Of a DNA stretch of 64,000 nucleotides, positions 20,172-29,342 are shown piece after piece (position 1 is the stretch's first letter; every line of letters begins with the position of its first letter). The stretch is from a virus. The translations under genes and the position numbers were made by a program. The stretch is from positions 1-64,000 of the IMG/VR virus record IMGVR_UViG_3300005731_000013. One strand, 5' to 3'. The notes under the pieces are model-generated. The model worked only from the letters and a program-made list of their open reading frames with translations, had not been told where the DNA came from and did not search any database.

Positions 20172-20409
20172 TGACTTTCCTTATACCCCGTTCAAACTTT
20201 TTTGGATCTTGTGTTCTGATCGCATTAAGCAATCGTTTAGTTAAGTCTTGTGCAACTTCTGCATCATAAGATTCATTTATTAAATTCAATAAATTTTCGG
20301 TGCCAGCAATAACATTGCGTGCTCGACTCTCAATAAAATGTTCTTTATCCTTATTACGATCAATACGGCTAATTTCTTCCATAATGCTGCGAGTTCGTTT
20401 CTTTACCAC
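20149..20409 (-). CDS. Hypothetical protein
   Basis: 86 aa, GTG start after AAGGA and TAAATA. Confidence 0.65.
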   Translation of the reverse strand: MVKKRTRSIMEEISRIDRNKDKEHFIESRARNVIAGTENLLNLINESYDAEVAQDLTKRLLNAIRTQDPKKFERGIRKVNENNRRS

Positions 20410-20440
20410 AATAAGATCCTTTATATTAAATATTTATCAA

Positions 20441-21820
20441 TTATTCGCTTCTACGCAAAATTTGTTTTAATCTGTCGCCATTAGTAATCGCTTCCGCTGT
20501 TTGATTGGCCATTGACGGGGCATTATTATTTGACTTCTTGGATAATTTGTCATAAAGCCCATTTGCAGTATGTGTTTCTGCATCATCTTCATCTTCTTCT
20601 AAATCTCGTATTCTCAAACTATCAACATCGAATGCCAAGTCAACCTTTTGACCAACACCACTTGAGCTACGTGTTTTCATAAATTGAATTTGAACACGAC
20701 CGCGCTCGCGCATAGCCATGCTTGAAAAGATACCAATCACATTGTCTGCTGTTTGAATTTTAGATAGACCACCTGAAATATGACTGTGATCAAACTCGAC
20801 TTCATCAACAGCGCCCCTGTTCAACTGTGATGCAGTAGCAAAAAGATAGTTGCCTTCCATTGAAAAATTGCGCAATTCTTCTGATACATGTTTATCTTTT
20901 AAGAATACGTTATCTGCACTTACTTTTGCCTTTGCGGGCATCATCAAATCTAAATAATCTACCAAGATTGCATCTACAGTTATATCATTTTGAATTTGAT
21001 ATTCTTTGATATAAGATCTTAGGTCATTGACATTAATACCATTCGGCAATTGAACAATTTGTAAATTACCAGATTTTTTACCTTTCATTGCAATCTTAAG
21101 TGCAACATCATCTTTATTTTTAAAAAGTTGTTTTGTGCTATATCCAGTGAGCATACTATCTAATCGCATGCCACATAAATCTTCACTCAATTCAAGACTT
21201 ACATATACAACATTAAACCCTTTTTCGACCCAATTGAGTGCTAGATTTTGTAGGAATAATGACTTTCCTGCACCAGACCCGCCAGCAAATATATTCAATT
21301 CACCTCTATTGAATCCACCATACAATTGCTTGTCTACTGCTTCCCATCCAGTGCTGGTGCCGCCTTTACTTTCCATAATCCGTTGTAAACGTTCTACAGG
21401 ATTTTCCCAATAATTTGTTCCAAGTTCCTTTGCCAAGCCAATTTGGACTGCCTCTTTAATCAGTTGTTCAACAGCCCCATATTCTTGTCGTTCCAATTTA
21501 TCTGTTGATTTAAGAATTGCTGCTTCAAGTGCTTTATGTCTACAGAATTTTTCAAAATCATCTAAGAACCATTTTCTATGTTCTTCACCAGCTTTGCCTA
21601 AAACTTGAAGTTCCAGACCAGTCTTAGCTTTAATCTGGACATTTTCTGGCACTGAACCATAATCATCAACATATTCACGAACAAATTTTACACTTTCACG
21701 AAGTGATCTATGAAAATATGTTTCATTTAAAATACTATTACATCTTACGAACAATTCATGATCACTAGTCAAAAATTCCAAATACAATTTTTGTAATTCG
21801 ACATTATATTCTTCTGCCAC
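20441..21820 (-). CDS. Replicative DnaB-family helicase (T4 gp41-like)
   Basis: GGSGAGKS, VSLELSE, ILVDYLDLM, TASQLNR, KTRSS. Confidence 0.93.
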   Translation of the reverse strand: MAEEYNVELQKLYLEFLTSDHELFVRCNSILNETYFHRSLRESVKFVREYVDDYGSVPENVQIKAKTGLELQVLGKAGEEHRKWFLDDFEKFCRHKALEAAILKSTDKLERQEYGAVEQLIKEAVQIGLAKELGTNYWENPVERLQRIMESKGGTSTGWEAVDKQLYGGFNRGELNIFAGGSGAGKSLFLQNLALNWVEKGFNVVYVSLELSEDLCGMRLDSMLTGYSTKQLFKNKDDVALKIAMKGKKSGNLQIVQLPNGINVNDLRSYIKEYQIQNDITVDAILVDYLDLMMPAKAKVSADNVFLKDKHVSEELRNFSMEGNYLFATASQLNRGAVDEVEFDHSHISGGLSKIQTADNVIGIFSSMAMRERGRVQIQFMKTRSSSGVGQKVDLAFDVDSLRIRDLEEDEDDAETHTANGLYDKLSKKSNNNAPSMANQTAEAITNGDRLKQILRRSE

Positions 21821-21867
21821 TCACATCTCCTCAACATAAGTTACCCTATGTATAATTATTATTATTC

Positions 21868-22881
21868 TCAATCTTTGAGAAATTTTTTAGCCAATACTCT
21901 GATTTTTGTTGGATTATCAACAATTGCAGCCAACGTAGATTGCAAAACAAAACTGCGACCATATCGTTGTGTAGCTGCATTGGCATCTTTAAATTCTAGC
22001 ATCCATTCAGGAAATGCAACTCCCCATCCTTGCTTGATTGCTGGCTCAATCAAGCCATTACCAGCTTTATCTGCATCAGGCAACAATACTGTTCGTTTAC
22101 CAAATTGATTTATTAAACTGGCCTGCTCATCACTGAGTGAATTGCTGCCTAATGCAACAGCATCGATACTTATGGCGTCAAAGTCTCCTTCGACCACAAT
22201 TAATGTATTTCGTTCAGATGATTGATTGTCTAGATTAAATACAAAATGTTCAGGCTTTTTGACCAAATATTTAGGAGTTGTACTATCAGGAAGTTCACCA
22301 ATAAATCTAGAATTATATCCGACAATTTTATTTTGATACCTATATGGTAATATCATTCTGCGCCTGAACTTAAAATCCTGGCTTGTGTAATACCAATCAG
22401 TCCAATGCAATAACTTTCTATCATTTAGCATACCAATGCCTTTGACGAAATTTGTATTAGAATCTGTGTCTACGCTCAAAATATCTGTTGCCCCATCAGG
22501 CAATTCTATAATTGGCCAATTTGGCTTAAACAATGGCTGTGCTGTTGGTATTGGATTTAATAAACGGGCAGTTTCTTCTTCTCGCAATAATTCTAAACTA
22601 GCTCGTTGAATTTCTGCTTCATCACATCCAAAATATTTTAGTAACTTTTTTGTTCGCCATGACATATTTTCGCCTGGAGCCCACCCAGCATTATAATGAC
22701 AATTGAAACAATTGTATCTCCAACTGTCATTCTCAAATAGGAATCCTCCACGCTGTTTTTTATCTGGTCGCGGCTCGCCATTTTCAACACACATGGGACA
22801 ATTTCCAGATATCCAACCTGTGCTGTTCTGTTTCCAATTTGATGGTATACGTTTACGAATAAAATCTATAAAAAAATGCAT
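21868..22881 (-). CDS. DNA primase (Zn finger + Toprim, gp61-like)
   Basis: CPMC...CFNC, VVEGDFDA, LPDADKAG, KDAN; adjacent to helicase. Confidence 0.88.
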   Translation of the reverse strand: MHFFIDFIRKRIPSNWKQNSTGWISGNCPMCVENGEPRPDKKQRGGFLFENDSWRYNCFNCHYNAGWAPGENMSWRTKKLLKYFGCDEAEIQRASLELLREEETARLLNPIPTAQPLFKPNWPIIELPDGATDILSVDTDSNTNFVKGIGMLNDRKLLHWTDWYYTSQDFKFRRRMILPYRYQNKIVGYNSRFIGELPDSTTPKYLVKKPEHFVFNLDNQSSERNTLIVVEGDFDAISIDAVALGSNSLSDEQASLINQFGKRTVLLPDADKAGNGLIEPAIKQGWGVAFPEWMLEFKDANAATQRYGRSFVLQSTLAAIVDNPTKIRVLAKKFLKD

Positions 22882-22917
22882 TAATATCAGTATATTACAT
22901 TATTAGTGCGATGTCTA

Positions 22918-23355
22918 TCAGATGTTTAAAGAAAGTGTAGTCTTATCAAGCACTTCAACAACAAACCTATTTAAGCTTTGAGATGTATTAGCAATGAGTG
23001 TGCGGCCTCTATCATCGTCATATTCAATAATAAGACTATACAACCCTGGCAAAAATGCGCTGGTAGTTACACTGTTGATAATTAATTGTGCTGCCCCGTC
23101 TGTTAATACATCACTTACCATTTCGCCTGACCATACTTCAACATTTTCCATATTATACAGCCGCCCAAGAACAGAACGACCATGCACATGAAATGGTCGT
23201 TGTAAATGATTACGAAAAGCAAAATATAATACCGCATCCCATCCTTTATTGATCTGTATAGGATCAGGGGTATTACTTCCAATACGATAGGTTCCTGCCC
23301 GTCTATCATTTATTGGGCTGGCAATATACGGCGTGTGATATGCAAAAACAGTCAT
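22918..23355 (-). CDS. Hypothetical protein
   Basis: 145 aa, beta-rich; TAAATA and AGGAG upstream. Confidence 0.6.
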   Translation of the reverse strand: MTVFAYHTPYIASPINDRRAGTYRIGSNTPDPIQINKGWDAVLYFAFRNHLQRPFHVHGRSVLGRLYNMENVEVWSGEMVSDVLTDGAAQLIINSVTTSAFLPGLYSLIIEYDDDRGRTLIANTSQSLNRFVVEVLDKTTLSLNI

Positions 23356-23402
23356 GTTAATCTCCTACCAATATTTATCAGAGTAAAGAAGAATATTTAA
23401 CA

Positions 23403-23410
23403 TATAAATA
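23403..23410 (+). promoter_or_regulatory. T4-type late promoter TATAAATA, back-to-back with a minus-strand TAAATA near 23373-23378
   Basis: Exact T4 late consensus 5 nt before ATG 23416. Confidence 0.7.
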
Positions 23411-23415
23411 GATGC

Positions 23416-23790
23416 ATGGATGATAATTTAAATAACTTACTTGACGAATATCCGTTCTTAACTGTTGCAGTTTACGGTAATAATGAATATATTGGTATAA
23501 TTCAAAATCAAGATGCTAATATTATTAGTATGTATGTTTTTGAAGATATCAAAGAACCTGACTTGAAATCAATTTTCCTTGAATTTGGAGCAGAATGGTG
23601 GTGGGAAACCAATCGGCTGATACCTATCAATATTATATTAGGCAGTAAATTTCATCCGTTCAGACATTGTTTGCGCACATTCAACATCAAAGATTTTGAA
23701 ATCAAATACGGCCCAAGTGTTTGTTTAAAAAATATTATACAAAAAAGAGTCAAACGGAAAAATGTACAACTCATTCGAAAAACAGACTAA
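23416..23790 (+). CDS. Hypothetical protein
   Basis: YPFL...EYIGIIQN...GAEWWWETNRLIPINI; isolated plus-strand gene with its own promoter. Confidence 0.75.
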   Translation: MDDNLNNLLDEYPFLTVAVYGNNEYIGIIQNQDANIISMYVFEDIKEPDLKSIFLEFGAEWWWETNRLIPINIILGSKFHPFRHCLRTFNIKDFEIKYGPSVCLKNIIQKRVKRKNVQLIRKTD

Positions 23791-23791
23791 G

Positions 23792-24376
23792 TTATATTTG
23801 TTGTATTTGTTCTACTAGAAGATTCATATGAGTTCGCACTGCAACAGCATATGATATAGAATGGGCTTTTTTGAAATAGTATGCATTATCTGAAGGCCGT
23901 TGCCAGACCTCCTCTAGCACCTGATCCCAGCTCTTGCCTATTAGATGGCGCTTAGATGGGCGGATCATAGCTAATACAGCCGCTAATTGCAAATTGTCCT
24001 TAGGTTGCATACACTTACAAATATCATGATGATTGCGCATATGAAACACCATATCACAGAAATCTTTTTCTTGCAATAATTCCCAAATTGGTTCTTGTTC
24101 TATTAATTTATTTAAATGTGCTTCATCCCTGATGTCTTTATAGATAGACACATTCAATACGTCAATTTTAAAATATCCTAATTCTTCTGCTGCTTGATAA
24201 TCTAAACTACATCTGCCAGTAAACGGATCTTCTGGCACTTTGTGGAAGTATACCCCAGTATTGTGTTGTCTAGGTTTGTTCTTACTATGATTGCTTGCAA
24301 TTGTATGCCTGAATAACTGCAACACTTTGTCGCGATCAGGAACATCAATATCAATATCAGTCACAACTGGTATCAT
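23792..24376 (-). CDS. Minimal DNA polymerase III alpha (family C)-like catalytic core
   Basis: TDIDID, HNTGVY, GYFKIDVL, LAMIRP, YFKKAHSISYA, all in DnaE order. Confidence 0.8.
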   Translation of the reverse strand: MIPVVTDIDIDVPDRDKVLQLFRHTIASNHSKNKPRQHNTGVYFHKVPEDPFTGRCSLDYQAAEELGYFKIDVLNVSIYKDIRDEAHLNKLIEQEPIWELLQEKDFCDMVFHMRNHHDICKCMQPKDNLQLAAVLAMIRPSKRHLIGKSWDQVLEEVWQRPSDNAYYFKKAHSISYAVAVRTHMNLLVEQIQQI

Positions 24377-24615
24377 TTTACTCTGTCATCCATTTCAATA
24401 ATTGCAATTTTTGCTTTGTCTCTATACATCTTACTTTCAGCCCATGCTCCTCCAGAATTCTTACTACCTAAAGTTTGGGCTTTCTTGAAATTTGTATCAA
24501 TATAAGATTGTAATTCCCCAATTGTCATATTATTACATTGTGCTATTACTCTATTGGCTAGCTTTTCATCCAATCCAATAATATATACTCGTTTACTTGA
24601 TTTAATAAACATCAA
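24373..24615 (-). CDS. Hypothetical protein
   Basis: 80 aa overlapping the start of the DnaE-like gene. Confidence 0.5.
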   Translation of the reverse strand: MMFIKSSKRVYIIGLDEKLANRVIAQCNNMTIGELQSYIDTNFKKAQTLGSKNSGGAWAESKMYRDKAKIAIIEMDDRVK

Positions 24616-24642
24616 TCATTCCATTTCTATATCTTTAAAATA

Positions 24643-25305
24643 TTAATTTAACATTTCTTGTATCCACTCTACTGTTTGTTTATTGAGATCTAATTTGCGA
24701 TTCCAATATTCCAAGTCTAGTGTTTCTGCAATTTCATTCAACACTCCATCAGGAAATTCTTCAAGAACACTCCGCGCTGGCGGATATCCTAAAATTATCC
24801 AAGGAGAAATCTTTCCCATCTTGATATCAAATAATATTCGATTCTGGCCTGCACATTCCCAATATTCTGTCCAATGCCTGCCTGATTTCTCAGACCATTT
24901 ATCAGCATGTAATACAAAACGTTCGAGGGCGCGCTCGACAGTTTCTTTTTTAGTATGTTCTGCCAGATAACGGTTGTAGATAGAGTCTTTACACCATGCG
25001 TCCACAGATGTTTGCTCTTTGATTAACCATTCCAAATATCGTTCTGGCGCCAATACTCGAGTTTCCAATACATATAATCCGAATCGGACAAACGCACTGT
25101 AATATTGACTTTTCATAAATGTGATATAATTCTTAGGAGATGATTGTCCCATTGCAATACGATACCAATCATTAAAGAATTTAAGCCCTAACTTCACATG
25201 TTGCTCATCACGTTGCAAAAATCGTTTTTTATTACGACACATATGCGCCGCAAGCGTTCGTTCACGTTTGAATGTCTTATTGCAATATTCACATTTAAAT
25301 GTCAT
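24643..25305 (-). CDS. Zinc-finger protein in the replication module
   Basis: FKCEYCNKTFKRERTLAAHMC; C-terminal GKISPW. Confidence 0.7.
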   Translation of the reverse strand: MTFKCEYCNKTFKRERTLAAHMCRNKKRFLQRDEQHVKLGLKFFNDWYRIAMGQSSPKNYITFMKSQYYSAFVRFGLYVLETRVLAPERYLEWLIKEQTSVDAWCKDSIYNRYLAEHTKKETVERALERFVLHADKWSEKSGRHWTEYWECAGQNRILFDIKMGKISPWIILGYPPARSVLEEFPDGVLNEIAETLDLEYWNRKLDLNKQTVEWIQEMLN

Positions 25306-25523
25306 CAGCTAACCAAAATCACCTTAGTTAAATCTTCAGGTTCAAACTCGTCAATATCTTCGTCTGCAATAAGGTCTGTGTCACAAATGTATGCTACTTG
25401 AACATAATATGACTGCTCAACTGTTTGACCATGATCAGCATACACATATACTGGCAAATCACCATGTTCTTTACGCAATTCACTAATTTGTTCATATAAG
25501 TCGTTACAAGTCAATCCGCTCAT
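25305..25523 (-). CDS. Hypothetical protein
   Basis: 72 aa, coupled on both sides. Confidence 0.6.
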   Translation of the reverse strand: MSGLTCNDLYEQISELRKEHGDLPVYVYADHGQTVEQSYYVQVAYICDTDLIADEDIDEFEPEDLTKVILVS

Positions 25524-25993
25524 TTAAAATAATCCTTCACTCTTTCTTTTGGTATTCCTGCTTCTTCAAGCATATCTTTTATTTCATCTTTAGACATTGC
25601 ATCCAATGCAATCACGATTTCATCATCCTTGAGATGTGGAAATAACGTAGTGTAAAAATCTTGTAACTTAGCATTACCTTGTTTTGATTTCTTTCTCTTT
25701 CCTGGAGCAATCCAAGGATGAAATTGATTTGAACCGATTCCTGCTAATTGTAACAACCGATGTTGTAATTTTGGATGTTTTGCAAATTGACTAAAGTGAA
25801 CATTGACTGCATCATTCACAGTTGTTAAATAATGTTCGTTAATTTCATGAACATTACTGCCAGTCGAACTAGTATACCGCATCAATACATATAAGCTAAG
25901 TTTTTTGCGTTCTTCTTCAGTTAATGAATCATACCAATCAAAATCTCGTTGATCAATGACTCGCATTTCTTCTTTAATTGAAAGTTTTGACAT
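25520..25993 (-). CDS. Possible clamp-loader small subunit (gp62-like)
   Basis: YDSLTEEERKKLSLYVLMRY...VN......KHPKLQ..LL...FHPWI resembles gp62-type proteins; replication context. Confidence 0.45.
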   Translation of the reverse strand: MSKLSIKEEMRVIDQRDFDWYDSLTEEERKKLSLYVLMRYTSSTGSNVHEINEHYLTTVNDAVNVHFSQFAKHPKLQHRLLQLAGIGSNQFHPWIAPGKRKKSKQGNAKLQDFYTTLFPHLKDDEIVIALDAMSKDEIKDMLEEAGIPKERVKDYFK

Positions 25994-26242
25994 TTCTTTT
26001 CCTTAAATTGAATTAACCATATCCATGATAACATTTTATGTGTCCAAAAGCTATAGCTAATATTGCCGCAAAATGTTTCACTATATCCCGGGAATTGTGA
26101 GGCTCGTAAATTGATCTGCGGTGTTATTTCTATTGGATCTGTCATAATGAATGGTTGTGTTTTGGTGACAATAGGGAACAATTCCAGAAGTAATTAACCG
26201 TTGTCTGTTTATAAATCCCCCTAGATAGCTACCATCTCTAGA

Positions 26243-26743
26243 TTACCAAAGTTGTGCTATATCCATTACATCAGGAATTTTACTTGTCTCTTTTACAAAA
26301 AAAGCACATTCTGATTTGTCGTCATCACCTAATGGAACAGCTAATAAATGCCCTTGTTTGAGTTTTGGAAAATGCCATTTAACTTCGTTATAAACATTTA
26401 CAATTTCAATTGGTTGATAGCTAGGCATATAACTGCTAATAGGATTAATAGTAAATGCTGTGAATCCTCTATCATTCAAAGAAGTGATTGGTATTACTTC
26501 CGGTTCACCTATTTCACTATCACAAATTACCAAACTCCAATCAATTGGCATTTTAAAAGTATGATTGCCAATTCGTAATACGGCAGCTGGTGCATTGAAG
26601 ATTTCTAAAAACACCAAAGGCATAAAATAATAATCAGCATTTGTTTTATCACTATAATCCAATACACAATAACGTATATCGTCAATTTCTTCTGGGACCA
26701 AATCTAGATTATATGTTTGGTTCTCGCTTGTTAGAATTTTAAT
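26243..26743 (-). CDS. Conserved phage protein next to uvsW, probable ATT start
   Basis: Frame open upstream of TTG 26701 to ATT 26743, which lies 7 nt after AGGAG: (M)KILTSENQTYNLDLVPEEIDDIRYCVLD. Confidence 0.7.
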   Translation of the reverse strand: MKILTSENQTYNLDLVPEEIDDIRYCVLDYSDKTNADYYFMPLVFLEIFNAPAAVLRIGNHTFKMPIDWSLVICDSEIGEPEVIPITSLNDRGFTAFTINPISSYMPSYQPIEIVNVYNEVKWHFPKLKQGHLLAVPLGDDDKSECAFFVKETSKIPDVMDIAQLW

Positions 26744-26746
26744 TTT

Positions 26747-28471
26747 CTATCTCCTGTTTAATATCCATTTTGAATGACCACAATCCCAAACTCGACTTAA
26801 ACCGAGACCTGTCATTATTTGTTTTTCTGATTGCGTAGGATCAAATCCTTCAGCGACCAATTTTTCTTTTTGTACATTCATACGATTTATTCGTTCACTA
26901 AAATTATATCTGTCTATATAAAAATATCCTGGATTTCCTCTAGAAACTAATTCAAATCCAATTTTATTATAAAAATCAGTATAACCCCAACAATTATTAG
27001 AAAATGTGATTATAACGGCAGGATCAACATCTTTAATAAATCTTGACAACAGTTTACTCGCACCACCGACAATATTTACACCTACACTGGAAGCAAACCG
27101 CACAATCTCCCATTCATTGCCATTTTTGAATCTATTCTTAGAAAATGTCATTACTGCCAGTAATTTGTCATTTTCGAATAAACCATATTTTAATTTTGAA
27201 TTGGCATACCCATCTAAATGATTAATGTCTAAAAAATCTCGGGCTTGTTGAACTGTCAATTCTTGTATTGTTGTATTACGTGCATAGATATTTATATTTT
27301 TTGATGTTATTGATTTAAGTCTAGACTTTACAATATCTTTATTTTTGTCCCATTCATCAGAAAAAATTTGTATTAACTTAACATTTTTTTCATTAGCGAG
27401 CTTTGTTTTATTATAATGGTAGAACTTATCTTTATCACATTCTTCAACATGCCAATAAAGCCCGTTTACTTCAATACCCAAATTTAACGTCGGAACATAT
27501 ATATCAATTTCTTTACCATCTAATATTTTACGATCTGAGCGTTGTATTTCAAAGCCTAGGCTTTCGATATATTCGCCAATTTCAAATTCAATATTGCTAT
27601 ATTTTAATGGTTTGCAAACAATACATCTAGATATTTGTCCATTTAAAATACGAGCTTGATAACTATTTCCACATTTCAAACATGTTACATTGTTATAAGT
27701 TGATGGGACATAATTTTCATCTATTTGAATATTATACTTTTCCTTATACCTCTGGACAAATGTTTTCTTTAAATTATTTGAAATCTTTTTTCTGACTACT
27801 GCATTTTTGGCAGGATTTTCATTTCCATATTTTTTTAAATTTGTTTTTTTAATTTGTTCAATATTGCAATAATTCTGATTTCCATATTTTTCTTGCTTTG
27901 TCTTCATACCACGTGTTGCAGCTAAATCATAATTGCGGTCTGCATGATTTTTTTCAATTATATCTGAATGCTGCATTACATTATCCACACCATAACGAGT
28001 TTGCACTGTTAATTTTGCTTTTTGTTTGATGCTGATATCTTGCATTGGATTCTCAACACCATAACGGTCTAAATTGGTCTGAGTTATTTTTTCTTTTACA
28101 GAATCATTTTGAAAAACATTCTCATTACCATACCGTTCTAGATTAGTGTCGGCTCTTTTTTTATTAATTGCGGCCTGTTCTTCTTGGGTATATTGTGCTT
28201 TTGTTTTTTTGACAGCCAATGATACTCTTTTAACATGACATGGACAATTTCTTTGACAAGCTCTGTAGCCGACACTGAATGAAATAAACCTGCTTTTGTC
28301 ACAATCCATTATTTTTTCTGGATAAACTAAATCAAATAATTCTTGTCCTGTCATTTTAAAGGAAAATAATGTTTCAATTTCTTTTAAACTTTTTCTAGAA
28401 CCCCACTGTCTAATCTGATTAAGATTTTTTCCAATCCACTTTTGTAACTTTGTAGGGATAATTTGATTCAC
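26747..28471 (-). CDS. Hef/Vsr-like homing endonuclease with TNLxxYG repeats and C-terminal GNAT-like domain
   Basis: TNLERYGNENV repeats, CxxC pairs, EIDIYVPTLNLGIEVNGLYWH, ARDFLDINHLDG..WEIVRF..GGASKL..RVWDCG; overlaps uvsW 3' end by 53 nt. Confidence 0.85.
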   Translation of the reverse strand: MNQIIPTKLQKWIGKNLNQIRQWGSRKSLKEIETLFSFKMTGQELFDLVYPEKIMDCDKSRFISFSVGYRACQRNCPCHVKRVSLAVKKTKAQYTQEEQAAINKKRADTNLERYGNENVFQNDSVKEKITQTNLDRYGVENPMQDISIKQKAKLTVQTRYGVDNVMQHSDIIEKNHADRNYDLAATRGMKTKQEKYGNQNYCNIEQIKKTNLKKYGNENPAKNAVVRKKISNNLKKTFVQRYKEKYNIQIDENYVPSTYNNVTCLKCGNSYQARILNGQISRCIVCKPLKYSNIEFEIGEYIESLGFEIQRSDRKILDGKEIDIYVPTLNLGIEVNGLYWHVEECDKDKFYHYNKTKLANEKNVKLIQIFSDEWDKNKDIVKSRLKSITSKNINIYARNTTIQELTVQQARDFLDINHLDGYANSKLKYGLFENDKLLAVMTFSKNRFKNGNEWEIVRFASSVGVNIVGGASKLLSRFIKDVDPAVIITFSNNCWGYTDFYNKIGFELVSRGNPGYFYIDRYNFSERINRMNVQKEKLVAEGFDPTQSEKQIMTGLGLSRVWDCGHSKWILNRR

Positions 28472-29279
28472 GATAATATTTCTTTCGTTCTGTTAAATGA
28501 CGTTTTGAATATTTTGCTGAGCTGCATAAATCATAAATTTCAACATGATCTTTATCAAACCCTTTTCTTAGTCCGCGGCCAATACTCTGGATTACTCTTA
28601 CAAAACTTTTTCCTGGTTCCAATAATACCATGTTATTTATACGAATAATATTGATACCTGTAGATGCAACTCCAAACGTTGCGATAACAATTTTACCATC
28701 ACCATCTTTAAATTTATCGTATTCTGATTTTCTATCTTTACTATCCATTTTACCTGATACAAAAATAATATCGTCTATACCTAATTCATTCAATGCTTCA
28801 ACAATCATTTCTCCAGTTTTGATATTATTAACCAACACCAAAGTATTTGAATTATTAGAAATATTGTCAATAAATGAGGACAGCCAAACCATACGTTCTT
28901 TATTTGATGTCAAATATTTCATTTCTGAATGATAATTGTCATAAACAATATCATCTTTCAATTGTATAACATTAATATCACAGCTACTCAAAATTCCTTT
29001 ATCTTGTAATACGCTAGATTGTAATGATCCAACTGTTGGTCCTATGCCAACAGCAATCGACATCTCGAAATGTTTTTCTTTTGGAATTGTTCCTGTCAAC
29101 CCCCACCTAATAGGAACATTTGCAAATGGTCCGGTCAATAGTTTTTTCAAAACATCTGCTTTACCTAAATGGCAGTTTTTTACCACAGCATTATTAGCTA
29201 TATAATTATGATCATTTTCAACATGTAAATTATATACGGTGTCAGGCTTTGTTATTTTTGTTTTTTTTATAAGTTTCAT
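28419..29279 (-). CDS. uvsW: UvsW helicase C-terminal fragment preceded by a split-intein C-part
   Basis: 35-aa IntC, then CHLGKAD..WGLTGT..ATFGVASTGINI..IQSIGRGLR (SF2 motifs II-VI). Confidence 0.9.
   Translation of the reverse strand: MKLIKKTKITKPDTVYNLHVENDHNYIANNAVVKNCHLGKADVLKKLLTGPFANVPIRWGLTGTIPKEKHFEMSIAVGIGPTVGSLQSSVLQDKGILSSCDINVIQLKDDIVYDNYHSEMKYLTSNKERMVWLSSFIDNISNNSNTLVLVNNIKTGEMIVEALNELGIDDIIFVSGKMDSKDRKSEYDKFKDGDGKIVIATFGVASTGINIIRINNMVLLEPGKSFVRVIQSIGRGLRKGFDKDHVEIYDLCSSAKYSKRHLTERKKYYRESNYPYKVTKVDWKKS
29175..29279 (-). mobile_element. Split intein IntC (35 aa) of UvsW
   Basis: MKLIKKTKITKPDTVYNLHVENDHNYIANNAVVKN|C: blocks F/G, terminal Asn, Cys+1. Confidence 0.9.
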
Positions 29280-29342
29280 AAAAATGTTCTACTTTTTTCT
29301 TTGTATTTGTATCAAAATATTCAATTCGATAAATTAATCACA

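Noticed and set aside
25921-26181. 86-aa minus-strand ORF
   Set aside because: TTG start without a clear SD, overlaps the next gene by 73 nt, no recognisable motif; left uncalled.
26243-26743. Stand-alone Hint-like domain next to the split uvsW
   Set aside because: Beta-rich and of suitable size, but no N-terminal Cys/Ser, TxxH or terminal Asn; cannot be supported without a structure search.
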